Source: Nitrospirae bacterium MYbin3
Lineage (GTDB): Bacteria; Nitrospirota; Thermodesulfovibrionia; Thermodesulfovibrionales; Dissulfurispiraceae
Reading direction: 5' to 3'
DNA: 64,000 bases
NCBI GenBank assembly: GCA_002753335.1
Contig: PEAD01000004.1
Span: forward strand, 1-64,000
A model generated the notes under the pieces. It did no database searches. It worked only from the letters and a program-made list of their open reading frames with translations, and had not been told where the DNA came from. The position numbers and the translations under genes were made by a program. The stretch's first letter is position 1, and the number at the start of each line of letters is the position of its first letter. Below are positions 17,688 through 27,369 of this stretch, piece by piece.

Positions 17688-18829
17688 TGGTCTTTACAGG
17701 AAACAGGGCCGAATACGGCCTTCTTAATCCGGTTATTAAGGCCTTGTCCGAAGATCCTGCTTTTGAAACAACACTCATAATTTCAGGCACGCATCTTTCC
17801 GGAGACTTTGGCAAGACTGCCGGCGAAATTGATACTTCGAATCTTGCGGCGATACGTGAAATTGTTCTTGAGATTCCTGATACAGATACACGCACCTCAA
17901 TGCTGCTTTCTGTTTCTGATCTGATACGGACAGGAGTTTGCATGCTGAAAGATATATCCCCTGATTGTTTTGTCTTGGCAGGCGATCGCTACGAGACTTT
18001 TGCGATGGCTTTAACATCTTTTTACTGCAACATTCCCATTGCTCATATTTTCGGAGGAGATCTTTCGCAGGGCGGCCATCTTGATGATTCTGTGCGCCAC
18101 AGCATTACCAAGCTGAGTCATATTCATTTCACAACGAACGAGGATTCTTTTAATCGGGTGCTAAAGCTCGGTGAGGAGCCTTGGCGTGTCTTTAATGTTG
18201 GAACCCCGGTTATGGACAATGTCCTGGGAGGAAACTTTGCCGGGCCTGAAGAGGTTTCTCGAGAATTATCTCTGGATTTGAACCGTCCAATGATAATATT
18301 TACCCAGCATCCTGTCATTCAAGAAACGGATATGGCTTATGAACAGGCGAAGGAAAGCCTGGAGGCCTTGAAGGCGCTTGGCTGCCAAACCGTAATAACG
18401 TATCCTTGTAATGACGCCGGCAGTGAACATATAATTAAAGCTATTAATGAGTATGAAGGAGTTTCCTATTTCAGGATCAGAAAAAGTCTTGGGTGGAGGC
18501 TCTACCTGGGCTGTCTGCGTGTTGCATCTTGTGTTGCAGGGAATTCAAGCAGCGGTTTGATGGAAACGCCCATTTTCAAAGTTCCGTGCGTAAACATAGG
18601 AACCAGGCAGCAGGGTAGGCTCAGAGCGGATAATGTAATTGATGTTTCTTATGACAGAAATGAGATTTCGGCTGCGCTCCAAACGGCTCTGAATGACAGC
18701 GCCTTTATCAAACAGGTTCAAAACTGCTCCAATCCTTATGGACAGGGCGGTGCATCAAAGAGGATTGCACATGTGCTTTCGACATTGCCTTTTGATAAAA
18801 AAATGTTGCAAAAAAAGATGACCTATTAA
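17654..18829 (+). CDS. neuC: NDP-sugar hydrolysing 2-epimerase (NeuC/LegG)
   Basis: FTGNRAEYGLL, GTHL, GDRYE, DDSVRHSITKLSHIHF, GNSSSG, NIGTRQ.GR, NPYGQG; start may be 17624. Confidence 0.9.
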   Translation: MQYEAKNKRKIVVFTGNRAEYGLLNPVIKALSEDPAFETTLIISGTHLSGDFGKTAGEIDTSNLAAIREIVLEIPDTDTRTSMLLSVSDLIRTGVCMLKDISPDCFVLAGDRYETFAMALTSFYCNIPIAHIFGGDLSQGGHLDDSVRHSITKLSHIHFTTNEDSFNRVLKLGEEPWRVFNVGTPVMDNVLGGNFAGPEEVSRELSLDLNRPMIIFTQHPVIQETDMAYEQAKESLEALKALGCQTVITYPCNDAGSEHIIKAINEYEGVSYFRIRKSLGWRLYLGCLRVASCVAGNSSSGLMETPIFKVPCVNIGTRQQGRLRADNVIDVSYDRNEISAALQTALNDSAFIKQVQNCSNPYGQGGASKRIAHVLSTLPFDKKMLQKKMTY

Positions 18830-19509
18830 TGCTGAAAGAAACTAAAAAAATATTGGTTGTCGCACCCCATCCTGATGATGAAACTCTCGGATGCGGCGGA
18901 ACTATACTGAAAAACAAGGCGGCCGGAAATAAGATTTGTTGGCTACTAATAACTTCTATGGAAAAAGAACAGGGCTTTAGTGAAGAAAGGATTCAGGAAA
19001 GAGAAAGGGAAATAGAGAAGGTTTCAAAAGAATACGGCTTTGATGGCGTATTCCGATTGAACATGCCTACTAAGAGGCTCGACACAATTCCCAATGAAAA
19101 GATAATAAATGCAGTATCGGATGTTATCAACAAAGTAATGCCGGATACTGTTTTCTTGCCGAACCGCAGCGATGCGCATTCGGATCACAAGATAGTTTTC
19201 GATTCCGCAATGAGTTCTCTGAAAACATTTCGCACTCCTTTTGTAAAAAAGATTCTTGTTTATGAGACCATATCAGAAACAGAATTTGGTTCGGCAATAT
19301 GCGGCGATGTTTTTGTGCCCAACAGTTTTTCGGATATAACCGAATTTTTAGACCGGAAGATCGCTATAATGCAGATTTACAAAGGGGAATTGAGCCAGCA
19401 TCCTTTTCCCAGGAGTCCTGAGAACATGAAGGCGCTTGCTGTGTTCAGAGGAGCTGCCGCAGGGGTAATATATGCCGAGGCTTTCATGCTTTTGAAAGAG
19501 ATATGGTAA
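18829..19509 (+). CDS. PIG-L/LmbE-family de-N-acetylase
   Basis: APHPDDETLGCGG, DAHSDH, YETISETE, HPFPRS. Confidence 0.88.
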   Translation: MLKETKKILVVAPHPDDETLGCGGTILKNKAAGNKICWLLITSMEKEQGFSEERIQEREREIEKVSKEYGFDGVFRLNMPTKRLDTIPNEKIINAVSDVINKVMPDTVFLPNRSDAHSDHKIVFDSAMSSLKTFRTPFVKKILVYETISETEFGSAICGDVFVPNSFSDITEFLDRKIAIMQIYKGELSQHPFPRSPENMKALAVFRGAAAGVIYAEAFMLLKEIW

Positions 19510-19513
19510 TGCT

Positions 19514-20578
19514 ATGAAAAAAGAAAAATTACAATCATTGCTGATATCGGCGGATGCTTCTATTAAGAGTGCTATGTTGAAGCTTAACGAAACAGGGGAA
19601 AGAATACTGTTTGTATCTGACGATAAAACTGTGCTTATTGGTACGGTGACCGACGGGGACATTCGACGGGGGTTGACGAACGGTCTTCTATTTAACGATC
19701 CCATTGTTACTGTTATGTTCCGGGACTTCTCGTTCCTGAGCGCGGATGAGGAAGACTTGTTCGACAAAGCCCGGATATTAATGATGAAGCGAGAGATTGA
19801 GCAGATACCGGTTCTTGACCGTACAGGAGTTATCGTTGATGTTATTCTTTGGACCGATATCTTTGGGAAGAAAGAGAGTGGAAAGCGTTCTCTGTCCAAT
19901 ACCGTTGTCATTATGGCCGGCGGCAAGGGGACCCGTTTGGACCCATTTACACGCATTCTGCCCAAACCGCTTATTCCTGTGGGTGAGAAACCTCTTATCG
20001 AACTCCTGATGGACAGGTTTGCGGAGCATGGGTTTCAGCGTTTTGTGTTTACGCTTAACTACAAAAAAGAATATATAAAAATGTTTTTGAAAGAGAATCC
20101 CTCACGTTACGACATATCGTGGGTCGAAGAAAATGATTATATGGGAACCGCAGGAAGTCTGTCTTTGCTACGCAATATGATTAATGATACGTTCATCGTT
20201 TCCAACTGCGATATTATAGTCAATGCTGATTTTACAGAAATACTAAAATGGCATTATGAACAAAAAAACCTGATGACTCTTATCGGTTGCCATCGAGAGA
20301 TCAATATTCCGTATGGAACTCTCGAGATGCAGAACGGGATATTGAAAAATTTTGTTGAAAAGCCGAGCTTCGATGTCTTGATAAATACAGGCGTTTATCT
20401 TCTTGAGCCGGAGGTGTTGTCGTTGGTTCCTGAACAAGCGTTTATGGATATGAACACCCTTATCGGACTCGCTTCACAGCAGGGCAAGGTATCCGTTTAC
20501 CCGATCCACGACGGGTGGCTTGATATTGGTCAATGGGACGAATATAAGAAAAGCATAAAGGAGCTGGGACACCTGTAG
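19514..20578 (+). CDS. CBS-domain sugar-1-phosphate nucleotidyltransferase (PtmE/LegX-like)
   Basis: CBS pair (GTVTDGDIRRG), MAGGKGTRL.PFT.ILPKPL, GTAGSL, WLDIG. Confidence 0.85.
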   Translation: MKKEKLQSLLISADASIKSAMLKLNETGERILFVSDDKTVLIGTVTDGDIRRGLTNGLLFNDPIVTVMFRDFSFLSADEEDLFDKARILMMKREIEQIPVLDRTGVIVDVILWTDIFGKKESGKRSLSNTVVIMAGGKGTRLDPFTRILPKPLIPVGEKPLIELLMDRFAEHGFQRFVFTLNYKKEYIKMFLKENPSRYDISWVEENDYMGTAGSLSLLRNMINDTFIVSNCDIIVNADFTEILKWHYEQKNLMTLIGCHREINIPYGTLEMQNGILKNFVEKPSFDVLINTGVYLLEPEVLSLVPEQAFMDMNTLIGLASQQGKVSVYPIHDGWLDIGQWDEYKKSIKELGHL

Positions 20579-20580
20579 TA

Positions 20581-21602
20581 ATGTATAAAGCTGCAGTTAT
20601 CGGACTTGGCAATATAGGCTTTCGGTTTAACCTCGATCCTAAAAGAAAAGAAACATGGAGTCATGTTGCTGCCTATGAGCGCTGCAAAGATACAGAACTT
20701 GCCGCGGCTGTAGAAATAAATCCTGATAACATTGAGACCTTCAAAAAGCAGTACCCGCAGACCCCGGTTTTTAGCTCGGTACGGGAGATGATGGAAAGCA
20801 TGTCTGTGGATATTGTGTCGATTTGTACGCCGACAGATGACCATCATTCAGTCCTTGAAGAGCTGGTCGCGTATCCGATCCGTGCGATCTTCTGCGAAAA
20901 ACCCTTTGCCGGATCATTGACTCAAGCGGAGCAAATGATCCGTTTGTGCGAGGGGAAAAATATTGTTCTTGCTGTAAATCACACTCGCCGGTGGGATGAG
21001 GGGTATATTAGCGTCAGGGATATGATCCGCAACGGTAAAGTTGGCGATATTAAAACCGTCAATGCGGTTTATTCAGGGCAGATCTTTAATATAGGAACAC
21101 ATTTGATAGATACCGTAAGAATGTTTGTATCAAAAGAAGCTTGTTCGGCAAGCGGAATATCTCATAATCTGGACAACCCCGACCCCGGGATTTCCGGTTG
21201 GGTTGATTTTGACGGTAAAGTTCCGTTCGTAATGACCTCAACNNNNNNNNNNNNNNNNNNNNNNNNNNTCTGATTTTCGAGATAGATATAATCGGCACTG
21301 AAGGCAGGATTAGAAGTTTGGACAACGGTGACCGGATAGAGTGGTATGTATTTGAGGAAAGCCGCAGGTATTCAGGCTATCGCGAATTGAAGATGAATAC
21401 TATTTGTCCGGTTCAGAAAAAGGATAGGCTTGTCGAAGCTATAAGCGATATAGTTTCTGTGGTGAATGGCAATAAAGAGCAGGTAAATTGTTCCGGTAAA
21501 GACGGCTTTGCCGCTATAGAATTGTGTATATTGATGCTCGAATCGGCCCGGGCAAATGGCAATCCTGTTAGTTTGAGGAAAGAGAACGGCTTGCATGTCT
21601 GA
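20581..21602 (+). CDS. Gfo/Idh/MocA-family oxidoreductase (spans assembly gap 21243-21268)
   Basis: VIGLGNIG, ICTP..H, IFCEKP, VNHTRRW, GTHLID before the gap; LIFEIDIIGTEGRI after the gap in another frame. Confidence 0.82.
21243..21268. other. Assembly gap (26 N)
   Basis: Run of n characters. Confidence 1.
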
Positions 21603-22965
21603 AATGGCAATACTCGGTGGAACCCCTGTTAGAACTAAGTCCTTTTTGTCACCTGTAGTTGTTGATGAGAACGAATGGAATTATGTAAAACAGGTTCTCG
21701 ATAGCAGAGAGTTTTCCAGATTTATGGGCAGCCTCTCGGGTGATATGGCAAAAACACTCGTTATGCCTTCTCAGGAAGCCGAAAACCTTGAAGGGCAGTA
21801 CTTCTCTTTTCTTGGCGGCAGGATGGTCAGAAAGTTCGAGTCTGATTTTGCAAAGAAGTTCGATATTCCGTATGCAATTTCCGTAAACTCTGCAACTTCC
21901 GGACTTTCTACAGCTCTCGGGGCCTCAGGGATCGGCCCCGGCGATGAGGTAATAACGACCTGTCTGTCTTTTAATGCAACGGCGCTCAGTATTTTGCTTT
22001 TTAACTCCATCCCGGTTTTTGTAGATGTCAGCAAGGAAAATTTTTGCATCGTTCCGGAGGAGATCGAAAAGGCGATTACACCCAAAACCAAGGCGATACT
22101 TGTAGTGCATCTGCTAGGATACGCTGCGGACATGGATTTGATTATGGGTATAGCAAAACGCCACAACCTGATAGTGATTGAAGACTGTGCGCAGTCCCCC
22201 GGAACAAAATACAAAGGCAGAAATGTAGGCACCATAGGCGATATGGGGGTTTTCAGTTTTCAGGAAACCAAGAACATGATGACCGGCGAGGGTGGGATGA
22301 TAGTTACATCTAATCCTGAATTCGCCAAAAAAGCGCGGCTTATTCGCAACCACGGAGAATCCGTTCCGGATGATACTTGGGATGAAGGATCATTGGTGAA
22401 CCTCGTTGGCATGAACTTCAGGATGACCGAACTAACGGCAGCATTGGGGATTGCACAACTGGATAAGCTTGATGAGAATAACAGGGTCAGGAGCAAAAAC
22501 AGGAGCTATCTTTCCGAACAGCTTGCCGGATTGCCGGGGTTGAGGACCTGCAGTTTCAAGGATGAAGAAGTCCCTCATGTATTTCCTATGATTTATGACG
22601 GCAATGAAACGGGCGTCAATAGGGCCAAGATACTTGCAGCCTTGAGGGCTGAAGGCATTCCTGTGGGTTCGGGGTATTTAAGGCTAATGTATGAGAACCC
22701 TATTTTCTTAAGGAAGGTCGCTTACGGGGATAAACAATGCCCGTGGTCCTGCCACTTATATGGGAGAAGTAGAGAATACGGCAGGGGGGATTGTCTGACG
22801 GCTGAGCGTTTAATCAACGATAAGTTCATATGGTTTTACCACATAAACCGTCCCAATACACTTGAAGACATGGACGATGTGGCGAAGTCGTTTAAGAAAG
22901 TTTTTAGCAATCTTGAAAAACTCAAAGATGCTGAAATAGAAACGAGGATAGGCTACAAATGGTAA
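21595..22965 (+). CDS. DegT/DnrJ/EryC1/StrS aminotransferase
   Basis: NSATSGL, GPGDEVI, IEDCAQ, FSFQETKNMMTGEGGM, RNHGE, NFRMTE. Confidence 0.9.
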   Translation: MSEMAILGGTPVRTKSFLSPVVVDENEWNYVKQVLDSREFSRFMGSLSGDMAKTLVMPSQEAENLEGQYFSFLGGRMVRKFESDFAKKFDIPYAISVNSATSGLSTALGASGIGPGDEVITTCLSFNATALSILLFNSIPVFVDVSKENFCIVPEEIEKAITPKTKAILVVHLLGYAADMDLIMGIAKRHNLIVIEDCAQSPGTKYKGRNVGTIGDMGVFSFQETKNMMTGEGGMIVTSNPEFAKKARLIRNHGESVPDDTWDEGSLVNLVGMNFRMTELTAALGIAQLDKLDENNRVRSKNRSYLSEQLAGLPGLRTCSFKDEEVPHVFPMIYDGNETGVNRAKILAALRAEGIPVGSGYLRLMYENPIFLRKVAYGDKQCPWSCHLYGRSREYGRGDCLTAERLINDKFIWFYHINRPNTLEDMDDVAKSFKKVFSNLEKLKDAEIETRIGYKW

Positions 22966-23681
22966 ACGAAAAAAAGTCCGAAATTATCGGAGTTATACAT
23001 GCGCGAGGCGGTTCTAAAAGAATACCTCTTAAGAATATAAAACTTCTTGGAGGGCGGCCACTCATTTCTTATATGATTAAGGCTGCGCTGGGAAGCAGAC
23101 TCTTGGATCGAGTTATCGTCTCAACGGACCATCCAGAGATAAAAAGGATTTCATTGGAGTGCGGCGCCGAAGTTCCTTTTGTCCGTCCGCCGCATCTTGC
23201 CGAAGACTGTCCATCAGAATGGGTTACCAGACATGCGGTGGAATTTGTGGAAAATGAAGAAGGACACAAAATAAATATTGTAGTTACAATGCAGCCTACA
23301 ACCCCGTTTTGTCTTGCTGACGATATAGACGAATGCATAAGCCTGCTACTGGCTGAGGAGGGGCTTAATTCTGTTTTTTCTGTCAAACAGATTCATGACA
23401 GGCCAGAATGGATGTTTCGGGTGAAGGAAAACTCGGCGGCGGAACTGTTCATGAGCGGAGAGATGAAGGGTGAGCGGGGAGTTTTTCAGTCTCTTGAGAG
23501 GATGGTCATACCGAATGGCGCGGCTTACGCTACAAGGCGTGACTCTCTTTTTACGGAAGGTGCAATTATTTCTAAAAAAACAGGAGTTCACATTATGCCG
23601 CCGGAGCGGTCGGTGGATATAGACGAACCTATTGATATGCTTTTTGCTGAGTTCTTATTTTTACAAAAGGAGGGAAAATAA
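22959..23681 (+). CDS. neuA: CMP-nonulosonic acid synthetase (acylneuraminate cytidylyltransferase)
   Basis: HARGGSKRIPLKN, VSTD, PFVRP, QPTTP, NGAAY, SVDIDE. Confidence 0.88.
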   Translation: MVNEKKSEIIGVIHARGGSKRIPLKNIKLLGGRPLISYMIKAALGSRLLDRVIVSTDHPEIKRISLECGAEVPFVRPPHLAEDCPSEWVTRHAVEFVENEEGHKINIVVTMQPTTPFCLADDIDECISLLLAEEGLNSVFSVKQIHDRPEWMFRVKENSAAELFMSGEMKGERGVFQSLERMVIPNGAAYATRRDSLFTEGAIISKKTGVHIMPPERSVDIDEPIDMLFAEFLFLQKEGK

Positions 23682-23682
23682 G

Positions 23683-23865
23683 ATGAGTAAGTTTTTGCAG
23701 GGCAATTATGAAATGGCGCAAGACAGCCAAGCATCTGAAGTAAAAAAGACGGAACAGGGCTATTCTGAGATGTTTGAAAAGCAGGCGCTCGAAAGATTGG
23801 GCGGAAGCATAGCCTTTGTAATGAAGGCAGACAAATTCGTATGGGACGACGAAGAGGATGCTTAG
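23683..23865 (+). CDS. Small acidic hypothetical protein (60 aa)
   Basis: RBS AAGGAGGG upstream; fills the gap between neuA and the Maf-like gene and overlaps the next start. Confidence 0.65.
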   Translation: MSKFLQGNYEMAQDSQASEVKKTEQGYSEMFEKQALERLGGSIAFVMKADKFVWDDEEDA

Positions 23866-24856
23866 CGAAGAACAATTAAAGCTTATTTCTGAGGCCACAC
23901 TCAGGAAAACTGCTGCCATCGGTCTTAAGCATGCATCGGAAAACAAGGCTTACCTTAATAAAAGCATCAAGGACTTGAGAAACGAACTTCAGTCTTTACC
24001 TCCAAAACCGTCGCTCGTAATTTCGGCAGGACCGAGCCTGCACAGACATAAGTCTATCGAAACCATAAAAGATAAGGGTTTTAACGGACACATTATAGCT
24101 GTTGACGGAGCTTTGGGACATTGCCTGAGAAACGGAGTTGTACCTGATTTTGTCATAACGGTGGATCCTGATCCCCACCGGATTATCCGGTGGTTCGGCG
24201 ACCCGCGGCTTGCCGAGCGGCCTGTTGATGACTATTTTAAACGTCAAGACCTTGACCCTGCGTTTCGTGAAAACGAAGTCGCCCGCAATGCCGAAATGAT
24301 AGAGCTTGTAAACAGGTACGGCTCGAAAATAAAGGCAATTATTTCCACCAGTGTTTCTTCTGAAATTACCAGGCGTTGTCTCGAAGCAGGCATGGAACTT
24401 TATTGGTGGAACCCTCTTTATGATGATTATGACGCTCCCGAAAGTGTTACCAGAAAGATAAGGAAGCTTAACGGAGTACCCTGCATGGTGACCGGAGGCA
24501 ATGTCGGGACTTCCGCATGGGTTTTCACTCATACCATTCTCAAAAGTCCTGAGGTTGTTCTCGTTGGAATGGATTTCTCTTATCCACCCGGAACGGATGT
24601 TGTAAACACCCAGTATTATGAACATTTAAAAGAGATATTCCCTGATGATCCTTCAAAAGGTCTGATATTTATAAATAACCCTCATACAGGCGAAACTTTA
24701 TGCACTGATCCTGCCTATTACTGGTACAACATAAATTTTCTCAATATGGCCCCGCTGGCGTCATGCAAAACATATAACTGCTCGGAAGGCGGAATACTTT
24801 TCGGTAATGGAGTTGAGTTCAGGAAGCTTTCGGAAGTTTTGACCTCGATGCTTTAA
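23858..24856 (+). CDS. Maf/DUF115 (MAF_flag10, MptE-like) domain protein
   Basis: VISAGPSL, IIAVDGAL, GVVPDFVITVDP, GGNVG, LVGMDFSY, YNCSEGG. Confidence 0.8.
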   Translation: MLSEEQLKLISEATLRKTAAIGLKHASENKAYLNKSIKDLRNELQSLPPKPSLVISAGPSLHRHKSIETIKDKGFNGHIIAVDGALGHCLRNGVVPDFVITVDPDPHRIIRWFGDPRLAERPVDDYFKRQDLDPAFRENEVARNAEMIELVNRYGSKIKAIISTSVSSEITRRCLEAGMELYWWNPLYDDYDAPESVTRKIRKLNGVPCMVTGGNVGTSAWVFTHTILKSPEVVLVGMDFSYPPGTDVVNTQYYEHLKEIFPDDPSKGLIFINNPHTGETLCTDPAYYWYNINFLNMAPLASCKTYNCSEGGILFGNGVEFRKLSEVLTSML

Positions 24857-24881
24857 AAATAAATGTAAAGATTCGGACAGA

Positions 24882-26381
24882 ATGGCAAAAGTTCTTTTTA
24901 TAAATCCTGTTATACGGCAGAACGATAAACCGAGGCATATCCCTTATGGGTTGGCGCAGTTGGTCGCTATTGTCGCAAAAGAAGGGCACAAAGTACAGGT
25001 CTTTGACGCGAACGCATGGAGACCTACCGAGAGCGAAATTTGCGAGGTGCTTGCATCCGATAGTTGGGATGTTATTGCGATCGGCGGTCTTATTACCACA
25101 TACGGCTTCATAAAAAAAACGGTTAAGCTTGCAAGACAGGTATCTCCAACAGCGTTGATTATAGCAGGCGGAGGTTTTATAACGCCGATCCCTTATGAAG
25201 TTATGACTTTTCTTTCGGAGATCGATGTAGGGGTTGTTGGCGAGGCGTACAATACATTGCCGGTCATCCTAAATATGGTTGATGGAAAAAGTCATGATTG
25301 GTCTGATGTCAAAGGCATAATTTTCAGGGACAAAAACGGAGAGCTGCATTTGAACGAGCAGGTCAATCTGCTTGAAGATGTGGATTCTCTCCCGTTCCCT
25401 GCGTGGCATTTTTTCCCTTTGGATATATATTTCAAAAACAGCAGCCTGCTGCTCAGCGAAGAAGCTATGCTTGCACGCAGGCATATTAGTGTAATGGCAA
25501 GTTATGGATGTCCTTACCGATGCAAATACTGTTTCCATCTCGGATTGAGCGGTGAATTGAAAACAGTCGAATGCGGAGGGAAAAAGCAGATAGAGATTAG
25601 CTCATACAGAAAGATCCGTTCGCATAGTCCGAAGTATTTTGTTGATCTTGTGAAATATGCAAAAGAAAGATTTGGAGTTGATTTTGTTTCGGTGCTTGAT
25701 GAGAATTTTGCGGCACTTGCCAAAAAGAAGGATTGGTTTGATGAGTTTTCGGATCGTTGGATGAAGGAAGGGCTGCAGCCCGCTTGTGCGCGAGATAGGC
25801 AGGATCATGCCCCTGAGTCTTGCAACGGTGTGCATTGGGGTACGACCGCTCATGCGGGAATAGTTAATGGTGATATGCTTAAGCGTTTTAAAATACTCGG
25901 TTGTTCCCATCTGGATTATGGGCTGGAGTCTTTTTCGGATGAAATTTTAAAGAAAATCTCAAAAGGGGCTACGGTGGCCCAGAACGAAGCTGCTTTAAAA
26001 ATGACGATAAAGGCAGGGATAAGACCTATACCAAACCAGATAATCGGGTTTCCTGACGAGTCTTTCGAGAGTATTTTTTTAAGCATAGAAGCATGGGAAA
26101 GATTGGGTATTCAAGTGTATCCTTTTTTTGCTACGCCTTATCCCGGTTCGGAATGGTACTACTCTTTCAAGGACAAAATTCTTGAACAATACGGCGGCAG
26201 CCTCGAAGCTTTCTTTCTCGATCTCGGCGATGCTACAAAGATAACCGCTGTTATATCCGGAAAATTTAATGCCGTAGAATTGCTCGGATTAAGGGAGCTT
26301 ATGGTTAATCATGATACGAAGAGGATAAGAGATTATGAAAGAATTTGGAAAGGACAGAATGAAGGAAGGCGAGGTGTATAA
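24882..26381 (+). CDS. B12-binding radical SAM protein
   Basis: N-term B12-type domain (PYGLA, IAGGG, VVGEA), SYGCPYRCKYC, GLES, IIGFPDE, PYPGSE. Confidence 0.88.
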   Translation: MAKVLFINPVIRQNDKPRHIPYGLAQLVAIVAKEGHKVQVFDANAWRPTESEICEVLASDSWDVIAIGGLITTYGFIKKTVKLARQVSPTALIIAGGGFITPIPYEVMTFLSEIDVGVVGEAYNTLPVILNMVDGKSHDWSDVKGIIFRDKNGELHLNEQVNLLEDVDSLPFPAWHFFPLDIYFKNSSLLLSEEAMLARRHISVMASYGCPYRCKYCFHLGLSGELKTVECGGKKQIEISSYRKIRSHSPKYFVDLVKYAKERFGVDFVSVLDENFAALAKKKDWFDEFSDRWMKEGLQPACARDRQDHAPESCNGVHWGTTAHAGIVNGDMLKRFKILGCSHLDYGLESFSDEILKKISKGATVAQNEAALKMTIKAGIRPIPNQIIGFPDESFESIFLSIEAWERLGIQVYPFFATPYPGSEWYYSFKDKILEQYGGSLEAFFLDLGDATKITAVISGKFNAVELLGLRELMVNHDTKRIRDYERIWKGQNEGRRGV

Positions 26382-27369
26382 AGAAGAGCGTAGGGATATC
26401 CTACGCAGATACGAGATCACCGACTGGCGCAGTATATTTACGGAGAAATACGGGGACCGCTTTCTCGAATACCGCAGATTATGGGAGTTGGCCAATAAGG
26501 CCGCTATACTTGCCTCTTATCCGCTCGAAATCAGCTTTGAAATATCCGACCGGTGCAATTACCGCTGCTCTTTTTGTCCAAGGAACTCGGAGTTTAAAAG
26601 GGCTCTTAATTTTGAACTGGGGAAGGAAAACGTCAGTTTGCCGTTCGCCGCTTACAAAGAAGTCATAGATGATGGGAAGCGAAACAACCTGTTTTCTGTA
26701 TCCTTCAGCACCGGCGCCGAAGCTCTTATCGAGAAAGATTTGCCGAAATTTATCGAGTACGCCCGGACAAACGATGTTGTTGATATACGGGTCACCACCA
26801 ATGGGTTTATGCTGAATGAGGAAAATATCCGTATTCTGGTGGATGGCGGTGCGACCTTTATAGGTATATCCATAGATGCATATAGGCCCGAAACATATAA
26901 GCTTCTCAGGAAGCATGACCTTCAGAGGATCGTAAACAATGTAATGAATCTGGTGGAATACAAGCGGACCAAAGGTAGTCTTTTCCCGATCACCCGTGTA
27001 TCTTTTGTTAAAACAAAGGAGAACATAGGCGAGATGCAGGACTTTCTCGATTTCTGGAAGGATAAGGCGGACATTATAGATTTTCAGGATCTTTACACAT
27101 ATGAGTATTGCGCTATCGAAAAAGCGCGGGAGAATAAATTTTTCTGCGCACAACCATGGCAGAGGGCTAATGTGTGGGCTGATGGCAAGGTATCGCTTTG
27201 CTGTAGTTGGACTGCACAGAAGGAAGCTGTTGGCAGTATATATGAGTATTCCATGAAGGAAATATGGAATTCGGCCAAGGCAACGGCTTTCAGGGAAAGC
27301 CTTACCGGAAAAAATTATTTGGAGGCCTGTCTCTGGTGTGTTGCGAGCAGCGAAAAGATTGCTGATTGA
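26359..27369 (+). CDS. Radical SAM protein with twitch/SPASM domain (paralogue 1)
   Basis: CNYRCSFC; C-term CAQPWQR...DGKVSLCC...CLWC; start may be 26335. Confidence 0.88.
   Translation: MKEGEVYKEERRDILRRYEITDWRSIFTEKYGDRFLEYRRLWELANKAAILASYPLEISFEISDRCNYRCSFCPRNSEFKRALNFELGKENVSLPFAAYKEVIDDGKRNNLFSVSFSTGAEALIEKDLPKFIEYARTNDVVDIRVTTNGFMLNEENIRILVDGGATFIGISIDAYRPETYKLLRKHDLQRIVNNVMNLVEYKRTKGSLFPITRVSFVKTKENIGEMQDFLDFWKDKADIIDFQDLYTYEYCAIEKARENKFFCAQPWQRANVWADGKVSLCCSWTAQKEAVGSIYEYSMKEIWNSAKATAFRESLTGKNYLEACLWCVASSEKIAD

Noticed and set aside
21241..21320. Apparent frameshift or split of the Gfo/Idh/MocA gene
   Set aside because: The frame change falls in a 26-N gap; a true gap length divisible by 3 restores one ORF.
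23683..23865. RiPP precursor for the SPASM-type radical SAM enzymes
   Set aside because: The radical SAMs are short twitch-type proteins with no evident RRE/PqqD domain, no peptidase is present and the context is sugar biosynthesis; not fully excluded.
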